Shown here piece by piece: positions 11,720 to 26,109 of a DNA stretch of 64,000 nt. The stretch spans positions 10,354,001 to 10,418,000 of the forward strand of contig CM075980.1 of the NCBI GenBank assembly GCA_038087875.1, read 5' to 3'. The DNA is from Malacoraja senta. Its lineage: Eukaryota. The notes under the pieces were generated by a model. The model was not told the DNA's origin, did not search any database, and saw only the letters and a program-made list of their open reading frames with translations. Positions within the stretch are counted from its first letter, which is position 1, and the number at the start of each line of letters is the position of its first letter. The translations under genes and the position numbers were made by a program.

Positions 11720-14700
11720 ATAACTGGCCATTTTCCAGTCCTCTTGGTGCTCGCCTGTGGCTAGAGAAGCTACAATGTTTCTTGTCAGGACCCTGGATTC
11801 ACCTCTCGCTTCCCTCAATAAACTGGGATAGATACCAACGGGTGCAGGGGACCTAACCAACTCAATGTTCCTCAAGAGCCTTACTGCCGCTCTTTTCGAT
11901 CACAAGCCCCAGCATACGTGGCCTAGCATATTTGTATTCTCCACACTGATCTCACCGTCATCCACGTCTTTCTCCTTGGTGAATACAGATGCAGAACACA
12001 CTCGTTCAACAATTCCGCGACATCCGTTATCCTTGATCAGACCTACCGTATCTCTTGGCACCCTTCTTGTTTTTAACATATGTATAAAAATTGGCAGGAT
12101 TTTCCATAACCCATCAATTACATTTCATGACCAGTTTGGCCCTACTAATCACCCGGTTGAGCTCTTTGCTACTTGCCATTCCTCACAATCCCCGTATGAT
12201 GATACTTTGTTAAATCTGACATACGCTTCCGTTTTATTTCTGGAAAGGTTTATAACCTCCGTGGTCATTCACGGTACCCTTACCATGCAATCTTTATCTA
12301 TCTTCCTTACTGGAACATGCTGATCCTGTACTTTGGTTAAATAACTCCCATTTGTTAGCTGTGGACATACTCAATAACAACTGCTCCCAAGCTCCTGCCT
12401 AATGGCATTTTAATCTGTTTTGCTACTGTGAACATCCAGACCAATCCCTATCCAAACCAATATTATACCTTGTAAAGTTGTGGTCACTATCCCCAAGTGC
12501 TCTTCCAGCATACCACCAGTCCCCTGGCCAAGCTCATTTCCCAACATAAGGTCCAGTATCGTCCCTCCTGGATTCAGACTATCCATACACCGTTTAAGGC
12601 ACATTTCCTGGGTATACTTCATAAATTCTGCCTCATTTAACCCCCTTTCACTGAACATAAAACAGTCAATATTGGGGAAGTTAACGATACCCACGACAAC
12701 AACACTGTAGTTCATGCATCTGTTTGCATATCCGATCAATCTTCCGCTGATTATTGGGTGTCCCATAATATAATCCCATTGGAGAGAATGTTCCTTTGTT
12801 ATTTTTAAGCAGAACCCATATGCCTCAATAGATGTACGCTCCAATATGTCCCCTCTGAATACCGCCATCACAAATATCGATGCCCTGGTACATTGAACTG
12901 CCAGTCATGTCTATCCCATAACCAGGTTTCCATAATGGCCACAACATTATTACTCCAAGCACTGATCTCGACTATCTACGTTAATTTAGCTTTATCCACG
13001 ATACTCCTTGCATTGAAGTAAACATTTCATCACTTCATTGCCCCATAATCATGAACCACTCCCTGCCCATCTTTCCTTTGAGACTTACTTGTTATACCCT
13101 CCACTTTCTCATCAGCCTTTCCATTTGCAAACTTGCTCCTTTCATTCCCATTCTCTGTCCATTTTAGCTTAAATTTTCACGAGCAAACTTCACTGCAAGG
13201 ATGTTGGTGTCCCTTCAGTTCAAGTGCAACCTGTCCCTCTTGTGCAGGTCGCCTTTGCGGCAATAGAAATTTAAATGTTCTACAATCTGAATCCTTTCCC
13301 CTCCACGAACTCCTCGGCCATGCATTCATCTGTCCTATCCTCCTATTGCTATCCTCACTAACGTGGCAACTGTAGTAATCTAGTGATTACCACCCAGCAG
13401 GTGGTAATTTTAACCGTTTACCTAACTCCCCACAGACACTCCATAGGACCTCATTGCTCTTCGTTATATTTTGCTGAACTCCTTATATTCTTTCCACAGG
13501 ACCCCATCCCCTTTCCTAACTTTTTCCCCAACTCTTTTTACTCCTCTATAGGACATCATCCAGTTTCCTACAAATGTGTTTGAGTAATAGAAGCTCACTA
13601 ATACAAGATATAAGTATGCTGTTCGCTTCATCTGTAAAAATGAGCAAGCTATCAGGGGTGATTCCATGGCTAAGAAGCTGTTAAGTAACAATGATACTGA
13701 TTTTTGGAAAGACGTGAGAGCTCTTAACAGTTGCAAAACATCTCTACCATGCACCGTAGATGGAATCTCCGGATCAGCTAATATCGCAGAGTTATGGCAA
13801 CATTATAGAACGTCATGACAACATTATAGCACTTTATTCAACTGTGTCCAAGGTGATTTGTATAGGGTGGACAATATTGAGAGTAATGACTCAGTGGTGA
13901 TTATGTCACATGAGGTGTATCATGTCATGAACAAGCTGTCCAACAACAAAGCAAGTGGCTTGGATCATATTTCTACTGAACATCTTAGTAAGCGAGTATA
14001 AAGATAGCCCCTCTACTTGCAATTTGCTTTACTGGCTTCATGATTCATTGCTACCAGCCTCAATGTTGTCTGTTCTGCAAGTGCTGGTCATTAAGGACAA
14101 CGCTGGTAAAGTAGGTAGCCTAAATAATTACAGGCCCATAGCTTTAGCCAGCATATTGTCAAAAGTCTTAGATATAATTCTGCTGGATAGAGTAAATGAG
14201 TTTGTGAACTCCACAGATAACCAGTTTGGTTTTAAAGCTAAACATGGCACTGACTTGTGCATATATGACCTAAAGGAGATTGTAAACAAATATAGAGGCA
14301 AAAACCTTCAATTCTTATGTGTTATATTGATGCTGTTTGTTAACTGCATAGAAAGCTGTTTGTTAAAATGAATCAAAGAGGGGTGCCTAAATACATTGTG
14401 AGAATTCTGGTTTACTGTTATGCACACCAGATTATGCAAATAAAAGTGGTAATAGGGTCTCACCCCCTTTTGGGGTTGCCAATGTTGTTAGACAAGGTGG
14501 AGTTTTGTCCCCAGTCCTTTTTAATCTTTATATTGATGATCTGTCCAAGCAATTGAAAGCCTGTAATACTGGGTGCATGATTGGTAATATTTTAGAGAAC
14601 CATATTATGTATGCAGATGATCTTGTGGTCTTTAGTCCATCTAGGGCTGGTCTCCAGCAGCTCCTTACCATATGTTCTGTGTGTGGTGTGGAACATAATA

Positions 14701-16060
14701 TTAAATATAATGCTTGTAAGACTGTTGTTATGATCTGTAGAACCAAAGAGGATAAATGTCTAAAATTCCTGATTATAAATTGTCTGACAATAATCTTAGT
14801 GTCTGTAATAAGGTAAAATATCTTGGGCATTTTATTACAGAACAAATGACAGATGATGAGGATATTTATAGGCAACGACTATGCTGTATGTACAGGCGAA
14901 TATTCTCTTGCATAAGTTTGGTGCGTGTGCAGATGTGGTGAAGATGTCGCTGCTTAGAGCATATTGCACACCACTGTATACTGCACACCTGTGGTCGAAC
15001 TACGGAAAGAGAAGTTTGCAGAGACAAAAGGTGGCCTATAATAACTCCACGAGAACACTGCTAAGGAAACCTAGATGGTGTAATGCTAGTAACATGTTTG
15101 TGGCTGCAGGAGTCAGTACTTTAGAAGCTATCCTAAGAAATCATTGGCAGGATAAATGACTCTAAAAATGTAATTATCGTGGCTTTGTCAAACATAAGGT
15201 TTAGCACTACATGCTACGAATCCCAGTTGTGGAGACACTGGTATCGCTGTCTCGTTGTAGGACATTGATCTTTTTATTCTGGATTTTAAATCATGTATTG
15301 TGTTTTTTTATATATATAATTTATGGTGCTTTTATAAGTGATATACTAAGATTTAACATGTATTTTATGGTGTTTTTAGATGCAATGTATTTTTATGTAA
15401 TGTTGTCCCTTGTCTGGACCTTGAGTCCGAAATAAAATTTATTATTATTATCATATCATTTGTGCTGACATGCAAAACGACTTCTCTCTGTCCACCCACC
15501 ACCTTGCAAATGCTCTGCAGCCGTTGCAGGACATCATTGATCCTTGCACCAGAGAGGCAACAGTCCATCCATTTGGTCTATTTGCTCCTGTCTGTCCCCC
15601 TCACTAATGTGTTTTATCACAATCACTCTGTCTGACTTCATACCGCTGCACATCAGAGACAGGCCCAGTGCCACAGACCCGACTACTGCTGCTGTCCTCT
15701 CAACAGTTGCAAAGGAACATAGCAGTTTTGCAGGGGAATGCCTACGGGGGATTCCTGAACCCTCTCCCTATTCCCTTTGCTGGTGGTCACCCATCTATCC
15801 TTTGTCCGCACCACAGGCGTGAACACCTCACTATGACTCCTAACTATGACTTGCTCACTCTTTGGACGAACACGAGGTCATCCAATTGCAACCGCAGATT
15901 ACTAATCTTTCAGGAGCTGCACCTGGACACACCTCTTGCAGCTGTAATGTTCAGAGACACTACGTCTACTTCAGTTACAACATCCCACAGGCTGAGCACA
16001 CTAGCCTCCATCTCTATGACACCAAGACTAGGTTGTGCTGCAAAGCAAACATAAAGTGAC
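11720..16060 (-). mobile_element. Degenerate CR1-type LINE, split by an RTE-X-like insertion at 13576-15451
   Basis: ORF 12410-12871 VNFPNID...GGTILDLMLGNELGQ (APE endonuclease); ORF 15365-15568 VVLHVSTND (esterase-like ORF1). Confidence 0.8.
13576..15451 (+). mobile_element. 5'-truncated non-LTR retrotransposon, RTE-X-like (clade tentative)
   Basis: RT motifs NYRPIALASILSK, QFGFK, LFNLYIDDLS, YADDLV in shifted frames; (ATT)n tail at 15440-15451; CATAT target duplication (13571-13575 reads CAAAT; 15452-15456). Confidence 0.75.
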
Positions 16061-19000
16061 AGACCAAACATTATCCTCAGATAACCCTCACAGAAGCCTC
16101 TTGAGCTTAAGCCTCAATAAACCAATCATAATATTGCCGCTCAACGTACGTTTTCCTTCCGTTTATTGGCTGTTATTTTAACTTCATTTTATTGACTGTT
16201 ATTTAGCCAAATATCCAAGCTGTGACACTTGCCCGCAAATAACGATAGAGGTATTTCTCGATAGAGAAGATTGAACAATATTCAGATAAGCATAACTCTG
16301 AAAAGAAATATATCCTGGACTCTAGTGAGTTAATGTGGAAAACAACTGAAGGGATGGTCGAATTCTCTGTGGCAAAAAAAACAATCAACAGAACAATCAA
16401 TGGTATAAATAAAGGAATATGACTGTGTATGCTACATCAGGGATCAGATCATATGAAATTCAAATATATTGTAAGGAAACCGAAGCTGAGGTTGAGGGCA
16501 CAAACCCTTACTTGCAACACGACAATGGTAGTCCTTACAATTCAGAACCAGACCCAATTCTGCCTACTTCGATTCATGATAGCATATGACCTCTAGTACA
16601 TGCATCATTTTCCTTCTTTGGACAATACACGTTAAAGTAAATACTACTTCGCCAAAATAGCTCTAATATCATTTGTGATCACAGGCCTGTGAATATGCGT
16701 GGGAGATAAAATAATATCTAGGAGTGCTTACTGTGCCAGTGCTAGACCCACTGACAATAAATGAAGCCGGGTAAGAGGATGAAGCATCAGTGGGCTGATA
16801 TTTTGAGGGTCCGAAACCATTGTATTTTACCCTTAAATTATGCACAGGAAGGGGTAAGAATAGTCCCGAAATTTGGTTTCTGAATTGCAAGAAGGTGGAT
16901 TTCAGTAACATTGTAAGAAGTATATTCTGGAATGGTATTCCAAGTGGGTTGGAGCTGTATCAATTCCAGGGAAGGTTGTCCTTACCGATTACAGAATCCA
17001 CATCACATCCCTATATTTAACGTATTAAGGATCATAGTCTTCTGGCATTTCATCTTTACCTGAAATTGCACGGCCACATAATCTCCGGGTTAACTACGGG
17101 AACAGATTGCTTCTCGACCAGGCTGCCCTGGTAATGCTACCCCTCGGTGAGCCATCACAATGCAACCGAGCAATTTGGAAGCGCACTTTGCTTACAGGAA
17201 ACATTCCACAAAGAAGTGAATGTTTGTTAGTCATTAACCCCGTTATTCTTCAGCTGTGTCTTCTATGCAATGTACATCTTCCCTGCGTAAAATGATAAAA
17301 ACTATATTTAAATACGTAATCTTATTTATTTTAGAGAATATCTAGATGGCTTTAATACTTCATTTCCATTAATGTTGTTAATGTGATAAACGTCTACTTC
17401 ATTCTCAAAGTGCTAGAGTAATTCAGCAGAACGGGCAGCATCTTTGGAGTACATGGATATGTTATGTTTTTGATGGGGACCCTTTTACAGAGTCTAAAGA
17501 AGGTTCGCGATCCGAAATCTCCTTACGAGATGATCTACTCCAGCATTGTGCGTTTTACTGAATATTCCAGCATCTCACAGTCGCATCTAATTGAACGTCA
17601 CAACCCCGTTCTGTTCAACATTTCATTACAAATGTTAATCTTTTGAGACTGTCAANNNNNNNNNNNNNNNNNNNNNNNNNNNNNNNNNNNNNNNNNNNNN
17701 NNNNNNNNNNNNNNNNNNNNNNNNNNNNNNNNNNNNNNNNNNNNNNNNNNNNNNNNNNNNNNNNNNNNNNNNNNNNNNNNNNNNNNNNNNNNNNNNNNNN
17801 NNNNNNNNNNNNNNNNNNNNNNNNNNNNNNNNNNNNNNNNNNNNNNNNNNNNNNNNNNNNNNNNNNNNNNNNNNNNNNNNNNNNNNNNNNNNNNNNNNNN
17901 NNNNNNNNNNNNNNNNNNNNNNNNNGATGCTCGCACGTAGAGTTACACTATGGCTCAAGCAGAAATAATATTCTGCAAAACTCCAACAAGACGAGTAGAA
18001 CAGCTCTACTACCCTATCATCTGCTTTTGTTTCCAAAACCAAAAGTTCCATCAATACGCCAAATTTTAATCAAATTTGATAGCTAGATGAGCATTTATAT
18101 GCACTGGTAAGCTTATTGAATCACTAAAGTATTCTGGCGATAGGACCCAAATCCTGCTATTAGAAAGGGATTTCTAAGAAATGGGCCGAACAATCGCAAA
18201 GCATAGTAATATATTTCGCACTGAACATTGGCTGTGACTTGTCTAGCAAGAGAGGTGCTCCTATGAACACCCTTTGCTCTTATCCTGATTAGGCACGGAG
18301 GTGTTGTCCGTGTGTCCTAGGCATAATTGTAATGCATTTTGCATATTGCCAAGAGAGTCGTGGCAATATATTGTTACTTGGGAGGGGATGAATATTTAGT
18401 GTGAGAAAAGTATCAAAGAGCGGATTACTTTCTTCTGGATGTAGTTCAACTACTGGCTTTTTGTATTACCTGCATGGAGAATTGTCCAATGTATCCAGTT
18501 TATGTAAAGCGTTCAAGTGGAGAGATCAGAGGATAACTTAGCAAAGGCAACGCACATTGGTAATAGGCTAGGTACGGGTGTCATGGTTGCGCACTGAAAC
18601 ATATTCTTATGTCATCATTTCAACTAAAATATTGTTAATGCCAGTTAAATGGTGCATAATCATGCCACGGTATCACAGGAATGATTCCCCTTTTCCAACA
18701 AAGATAGCATTTCCGAAGTAGCGAGGAGCAAAACAATTTCGGAAACAATGTTTGAGACATTGATGCCTTTGCTTGACCTGTTTGCATGTCATTGATCTGA
18801 GGGCTTTTATGAGATGCGAGTATTAACTGTCCAGGCACATCAGCAGAACAGCCAGGTCTCCTTTGATTAATTACCAGCGAATCGTTAGTCCGAATGTCAA
18901 CATTCTGAAAATGTAGACTTTTTTTTACTGTATTTTCTTGTTCATATCCGTTAGCACTGATTCACCTGGTGTTACTATCCTGCAGGGATAATCCATAAAG

Positions 19001-19549
19001 CGAAAGTAGCGCTGCCGCGATAACTAGCGCGATTGGGTTGCGATATAAAATCTGCGTACATTAGATCAAGTACAACACAACGCTGGTTGCATGTAAATAT
19101 AATTTCATATGTCAGATGAAGTTGGACAGAATTAATATCATAGCAATGCAAGCACGTGCAGACATCGGCGTCTTTAATATATAAAACTCGCCAGCAACAC
19201 CCTGGTCGATTAAACATGTTTCTCAATTTTTTTCTCAATTAAGTCAATTGCCCGTGTTAAACCAGTGAACATGTGTGCTGCTAGCAAGCATGCTTTCCAG
19301 AAGGTGCATGTCGCGTACAGTAGTGCGAGACCATGAGATCGGATTCTTCAGCCCCTGTTGGTATGCATCCCTTCATTTTTCAAGAGTGAATGAACAGTCG
19401 CCAGGAATTATGATGAGGTTATTCGATTAATTTATTTGAAGGCGCATGCCGTGCAACTGCACAGCAAAAGATTCAGAATAAATGAAAAGGAACAATTCAA
19501 AACCTCCTTTCAAACGAAACAAAGTCTCTTATGTGCTTGAGTCTATATT

Positions 19550-19595
19550 AAATTGTACCGAGGTACAAATGTACCGAGATAAATTGTACCGAGAT
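19550..19595 (+). repeat. Three tandem copies of AAA(T)TGTACCGAG upstream of the cluster 2 promoter (also 33944-33990)
   Basis: Direct reading. Confidence 0.7.
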
Positions 19596-19643
19596 ATTCG
19601 ACACCAAATCCTTAATTACCTTGGAAATAATTTGACACAGGAA

Positions 19644-19742
19644 GAATCTGGCAACTTCTGATTGGCGCAACACACATTCTGATTTGACTGTTGATGGATA
19701 GATAAGGAACTCGCGGTGACGCCCTGTCATACGGTTCATAAG
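19644..19742 (+). promoter_or_regulatory. Putative promoter of cluster 2
   Basis: Same blocks as cluster 1 (19644-19666; TGAC/GTCA 19717-19729; TTCATAAG 19735-19742). Confidence 0.6.
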
Positions 19743-19803
19743 CGACCCGGAGAGAAACACTGAGAAGAGACTTCACCTGGCGTTCTCCACTCAATTAATT
19801 ACA

Positions 19804-19852
19804 ATGTATTGCTGGATCTCTCTAGTCTATGCTTTAGCGTTTTCCGCAGCTT
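19804..19852 (+). CDS. IgL: Ig light chain cluster 2, leader exon (MYCWISLVYALAFSAA)
   Basis: Paralog of 3279-3327; ATG 19804, GTGAGT donor 19853, 124-nt intron. Confidence 0.93.
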
Positions 19853-19976
19853 GTGAGTATTTACTTCAACCGACATAATATTCAATCGCGAGTACGATTA
19901 AACCTTTCTATCCATGACAATTCTGCTGTTTCTCTGATATTAGTTAATATTCTACTTTTTCTGGTTTGTTTTCCAG

Positions 19977-20315
19977 ATATAAATGCGCAAGTTGCACTAA
20001 ATCAGCCGTCTTCAAAATCCACATCTCTGGGACAGAACGTGGAAATACCATGTACCGTGTCTGTCGGCAGTTTAGGTAGTAGCGTCGTTTCCTGGTACCA
20101 GCAGATTCCTGGAACGGTTCCGCGGTATTTGTTCTACTATTACTCGAGCATTTACAGAGGCTCGGGAGTTTCTGAACGTTTCTCCGGATCAGTGTCAGGC
20201 AACACTGCAACATTGACAATATCGAACGTGCAGTCGGGGGACGCAGCGGATTACTACTGTGCTGTGTGGAAAGATGCTTTAATCTTCGGCAAGGGAACGA
20301 GGCTGGGTATTGGCA
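19977..20315 (+). CDS. IgL: Ig light chain cluster 2, germline-joined VJ exon
   Basis: CAG acceptor; QVALNQP...IPC...WYQQ...[21 protein letters not shown]; in-frame 6-nt CDR2 deletion relative to cluster 1; GTAAGT donor 20316. Confidence 0.96.
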
Positions 20316-21688
20316 GTAAGTAAAATACCTTCCATCTCTGGGTAGATACAAAAAGCTGGAGTCACGCAGCGAGACAGGCAGCATCTCTGGAGAGAAGGAA
20401 AGGGTTGTAAGAAGGAACTGCAGATGTTGGTTTAAAACGAAGATAAGCACGACAAGCTGGACAGGCAGCATCTCTGTAGGGAATGAATGGCTCTGCAGTT
20501 CCTTCCTGCATATTCTATCTTTGGGTTAATGATATGGCAGTGAAAAGTAATTGGTTTTCTGTCGCTAATCGATGGTTCAAAGAAAAAGCATTTAACGCTA
20601 ATACGTCGAGTTTCCTTTGGCAAATTATTAGACGTAGCTCTATCAAAGAGCTTGATGTTAGGCCGGCTGTTTGTATTTTTTACACTAAATAGCTAAAATA
20701 AAAGGTATTTAAAGCAGGTATTTTTTTAATTCCCCGCCACGATCGAGTCTTTTTTGGCAAATTAGTTGACAACAGCAAGGAAAGGACGAAACGGCTGTCC
20801 AGCTGTTTTATTATTCATAATTACTTTGTGGACGGTGAGCTAACAATTATCAAACCTGGATAAGAATTAGACCGAACGTAAAGAAACTGGAAATAACTTT
20901 GGATGGACAAGGAACTGCAGATGCTGGTTTACAAAAATAGGCACACAGCTCTGGAATGACTCAGCGGGTAGGGCAGCATCTCTGGTGAACATGGATAGGT
21001 AAGTTTCGGTTCGGGTCCCTTCTTCAAATCAGTTTTGTTCCGTGTGACACCTTATAACGCATTTTCCATGTGTGCCATTAAGCGAAAGGAATAAGATTCG
21101 CTATTCAACTTCAGAAATCTAAGCTGAATTATTACTTCAAAGAGAAGAGACGGGTCGAGAAAAACAAACATATACGTTTCAGCATTAATGTAAATCATAT
21201 CAACGACTAATTAAAACGGTAAATGTAACGTGACTGCAAATCTAGTCTGTTCATTGATGGCTAAAACGGCAAATATTCTTGTCGCTAAAATCCAACCATT
21301 AGTAACATTTCGGTATCTGGTCTTAATAAATCAACAGATGAATTAAGGGAAGGTATTTAAAGAAAACTAAAGTTTCAAGCGCGTTTAGTGGAACTTAGGC
21401 TGCAATGAAAACCCGCAACTGGCTGTCGTGTAAAATAATGTTTTTTTTAATTGTTTCTGGAGCCAATGGAAATAATACTCTGGAGATCAATTAAAAACAC
21501 TTCCGAAATAATATATTTTACGCTGCTGCGTATATTCTGTCCCGTTGCCATAAATAGCAGTTTTTTGGGGGGGATCTCACTTGGAACGAATGAATCCATA
21601 CTATACCAACAGTATTTTTTAACAAAGTTAATGTTTTAACCAAAGCAGTTCTGCTAACCCTACTAATCTGTGACTTTATTTTAAATAG

Positions 21689-22011
21689 AAGCTCAGCCCC
21701 CCGCGGTGTCAGTCCTTGGACCTTCAGCGCAAGAAATGACGGGAAAGGGCACCGCCACCCTTGTGTGTTTGGTGAACGGGTTTAATCCGGGTGCTTTGGA
21801 AATTGACTGGACTGTGGACGGCAGTGCGAGAAGTGATGGCGTTGAAACCAGCCGAATCCAACAGGAGGCGGACAACACGTTCAGTGCGAGCAGTTACCTG
21901 ACTCTGCCCGCCACAGTCTGGAACTCACACCAGCTTTACTCCTGTGTGGTTAAACACGAGTCGCGGGCAAGCCCGGTGCAGGGAAACATCGCCAGGTCCG
22001 GCTGTCTGTAA
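21689..22011 (+). CDS. IgL: Ig light chain cluster 2, constant exon
   Basis: TAG acceptor 21686-21688; 3 amino-acid differences from cluster 1 C; spliced CDS 711 nt (236 aa). Confidence 0.95.
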
Positions 22012-22651
22012 AACTTCTAGATTCCAGCTATTCAAGCTGAAAAATATTTTTCCTCCCTTTCATTTGTCAAAAAAATGATATAAAAATATTCTGTTATCGA
22101 CTAGCATTTGCGTTAAAATTGTCCTTTGTCTCGCTGTTTGTAAACATCATTCCATCGAAGCTACTCGTTATGAATTGAAACTCCAATGTTATTCAATCTG
22201 TTAAATGCATTCCCAAATATTCATTAAAAGGCAGTGGTCTAAAGATTACATTCAGCTTTGTGTTGCTTACCCATGTTACTAACATTTACAAATACAACTC
22301 TCGACTAAAATCAATAATTCAATCTTAAGAGCAATACATTTGTTTGATTTTTATTTCTGATCAGAGAAAATCAAATGTATTTAATCAACCTTCATTATTT
22401 TACCTTATGGAAGAACCGGTGATAAATGGTGCCGAACGTTATGTTATAAACTGGTGATGATAAATTGGTTCATTTACCCGCGCGCGCGCACACGCACACG
22501 CACGAACAAAATGGCGCGCTCATGTAGAAACGCATTCGAGGACAGACAGTAGTCGTTATATTTGACCTTGCTAATACTATTCACTTAGCAATTCCAAGCT
22601 ATTTCATCTGTGAATTAAATGGGTGGGGCTGGTGGTCAGTGAGAGTAATAT

Positions 22652-22998
22652 AATGGATGGGATTTATATAGCGCCTTTCTAATACGCAAGGCGCTTTACA
22701 TCGCATTGTTCATTCACTCCTCAGTCACACTCGGTGGTGGTGAGCTACTTCTGTAGCCACAGCTGCCCTGGGGCTGACTGACGGAAGCGTAGCTGCTAAT
22801 CTGCGCCTACGGCCCCTCCGACCACCACCAATCGCTCACACACATTCACACACATTCACACACATTCACACGCAGGCAAAGGTGGGCGAAGTGTCTTGCC
22901 CAAGGACACAACGACAGTATGCCCTCCAAGCGGGATTCGAACCGGCTACCTTCCGGTTGCCAGCCGAACACTTAGCCCATTGCGCCATCTGTCGTCCC
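22652..22998 (-). mobile_element. tRNA-derived CORE-SINE with L2-like tail, present only after cluster 2
   Basis: A/B boxes (TGGCGCAATGG, GGTTCGAATCC), CORE-like GTGTCCTTGGGCAAGACACTT, tail AAGGCGCTATATAAATCCCATCCATT; AATAT duplication 22647-22651 and 23000-23004; empty site near 6133. Confidence 0.8.
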
Positions 22999-25900
22999 AA
23001 ATATGGTCTTTCTGCCTTTATATAGGGCGCGAGCACACATGGAGTATCACATATAGTTTTACTTTCCTCGCCTAATAGAGGTACTGAAGTTCTTGTTTTG
23101 ATTCATGCTGAGCTGATTAGCGGGAAACGTGCACGCTGCGAGGAACGACTGAGAAGTGTAGCCTACCTTCTCATCCACTCCCTACACAATGGGGGCAATT
23201 TTACAGAGGCCAATTAACCTATGAACCCGCAATCTTTGGGAAGTGGGAGGCAACCCACGACATCACGTGGAGAATGTGTAAACTCCTCACAGACAGCACC
23301 CGAGCTCAGGATCGAACCCTGGTCTCTGACGCTGTCGAGGCAGCAGTTCTACCAGGTGCGCCACTGTGCCGCCCCACAATATATAATATATCAGCCACTG
23401 TAATATATAAAACTCTTAGTGGTCTTCGCAGCAATGGTGCAGACGTTATTTCTCCTGATTGATGAGTGCAAACTAAAGTTTGCTGTATCCACAAAGCGCA
23501 GAACATAGCAAAGCACAGCACACGAACAAGCCTTTCGGGACTCCATGTCTTTGCCGACATGATGCCAAAACCAAATCTTATTTGCATGCATGGGATCCGT
23601 CTTACAAATGCCACTGTTGCATGTGCCGCCACCACCACCCTCGCCAACGCCTTCCGGGTCCTCACCAACCTCTGTATATAAAATGTCCATGCATCTCTCA
23701 CCTTAAAGCTATGTCATCTAGTCCTTGATATTTCCATTCTGGGGGAAAAAGGTAATGATTCTCTGCCCTATCTATGACTCTCATCATTTTATATATTTCT
23801 AGCAGGTCTCCCCTCATCGTCAACGGTTACAGAGAGAACAATCCAATTCTGTCCACCCTCTGCTCGTAGTTAATACCACTAATTCAGGTATCATGCTGGT
23901 AAACATCCTCTGCGCCTTTTCCAAGGCCTCCACTTCCATCTAGTATTGGGGCGACAGGAAATGAAGGCAGTACACGAAATGCAGCCTAACAAAAGTCCTA
24001 AAAGTAGCATCATGTCTCGCCTGCCCTTATCCTGAATGCCATAAACAATGAAGGAAAACATACACTATGCCTTCTCACCACTCTATATAGTAGTGTTGCC
24101 ACTGAGGGAGACATAAACTTGGTTCCCAAAATTCCTCTGTACATCAACACTGTTGTTATTAATCGAAAGTAGACACAAAATGCTGGAGTAACTCAGCGGG
24201 TCAGGCAGCATCTCGTATATTTCCCCTTACAATCGACGCCACCCCCAGCACTTCAATGCTCTGGTTAATCTGCACCTATCATTTCATCTCTCATTTTTAC
24301 ACCTAGTCTCTATCCTGCTGTATACTTTGACAGCCTTCCTCACTGTCCGCAACCCAAACAATCTAGCTGTCATCTGTAAACTTATTAACTGCTAGATAAG
24401 GTGCAGAGATCTTTGTCATGGCTCCTGCAAACTCGTCTTTTGTGTTTCTCAATAATCTGTCCATTCATGCACACTGCCCCTCAAGACACCAACACCTACT
24501 ACTTAATCACACAGTGGCCTTGCACATGAATATTCGCCACATTGATCTCACTCTCCTCCTTGTCCTTCTCCTTGGTGAAAAGACATACAACGTACTCATT
24601 TAATACCTCGCCTATATCCCTTGACTCAAAGCGCAAATTCCTCCCTTTATCCTCGAGGTACCATATTTCTGGTTACCCTCTTGCATTTAATTTAGGTATT
24701 AAAAGTATTGCGATCTTCTTTAATCTAGCTCGACAAACCCGTTTCATGCCCCCTTTTGGCTCTTCTAATCGACCACTTAAGTTATTTCCGACTCGATTTT
24801 ATATTTCTGCCTGATTTCATCTTCAGATAGTGGGTTGGGTAATCAGGACTGAAAAGAAAAGTATTCTTGGCTGGATGCGATTATAATTTTTTGGATACTT
24901 TACTCCGTATGCTGGCCGATACTCAAACAGATTGATATCGAAAGAACATTAAGCGATTCAAGGGAGTTGGGAAAATGGCCTGACACTGGAGTTTCAAGGG
25001 CATTCAACCCATGACTCCCGGTGAAGCCTTGAACAACTTATTCCTTCTTCGTATCTTCCCGATTTGAATATTGGCAAAACGGAGACACGTGACAATAATA
25101 ATAAACCACAAACAAACAAACTCAGAAATGAATTTTGTGACCATGACCGTGACTCGGAACTATTAGATCTCTATGGAGTTTGCCTCTTGACAAGGCCCCT
25201 CCTATAATGTTCTACTGCATGGAAGGCCTTCGCTCGATTCCTTTTGGACATCTCCGATAATATCAATAATATCGCAGCAATTAACTCCCTTTCTAATATC
25301 TCATTATTTTGTGAGCTCTGAAGGCAACACTGAGTCCTTCTATTCCGTAGTTAGGTGCTGCCCTTGACACCAAACCCACAAGACGCAAATTCCTGTCCAC
25401 ATGTTCATAAATGATATTGACTTAGCTCTACATTGTTTCACACCTATCTGATTAATGAATTATGGACCAAATCGTTTTTCTCCCTTTAGCAGCCGAAGAC
25501 CAGTTGGTGCACCTCAGTATCTCTATACCGCAAGCTGTTTTCGCCTAATCCTGTCTTCAAATTGAACTGACTGCCTGCAATTTCAACTCCTTCTTTTAAG
25601 GGTTTGAACACGCCAGAGGCAGGAAACATGTTCCCGATGTTGGGGGAGTCCAGAACCAGGGGCCACAATTTAAGAACAAGGGGTAAGCTATTTAGAACGG
25701 AGATGAGGAAACACTTTTTCACACAGAGAGTTGTTAGTCTGTGGAATTTTCTGCCTCAGAGGGCGGTGGAGGCCGGTTCTCTGGAAACTTTCAAGAGATT
25801 GCTAGATAGGGTTGAAGATAGCGGAGTCAGGGGATATGGGGAGAAGGCAGGAACGGGGTACTGATTGTGGGTGATCAGCCATGATCTCATTGAATGGCGG

Positions 25901-26109
25901 TGCTGGCTTGAAAGGCCGTATGGCCTACTCCTGCACCTATTGTCTTTTGGTTATTGTCTAATACACAGCCATGCCCATCGCTAACTACCTCATTCTCCTT
26001 CAAATGGGAGTAAATCTCAATGAATTATCTCCAATAGTTTCCTACCACTGACGTGAGTCTCATCGGCCTCTACCTCCCTGGATTCTTTCTACGTCTCAAT
26101 CAACAAAGG

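Noticed and set aside
19853-20323. ORF reading through the leader intron into V with a hydrophobic, signal-peptide-like stretch (also 34248-34565)
   Set aside because: It starts at the GTG of the splice donor, has no in-frame ATG, and the hydrophobicity comes from the pyrimidine tract; intron retention from the real leader hits TAA within a few codons.
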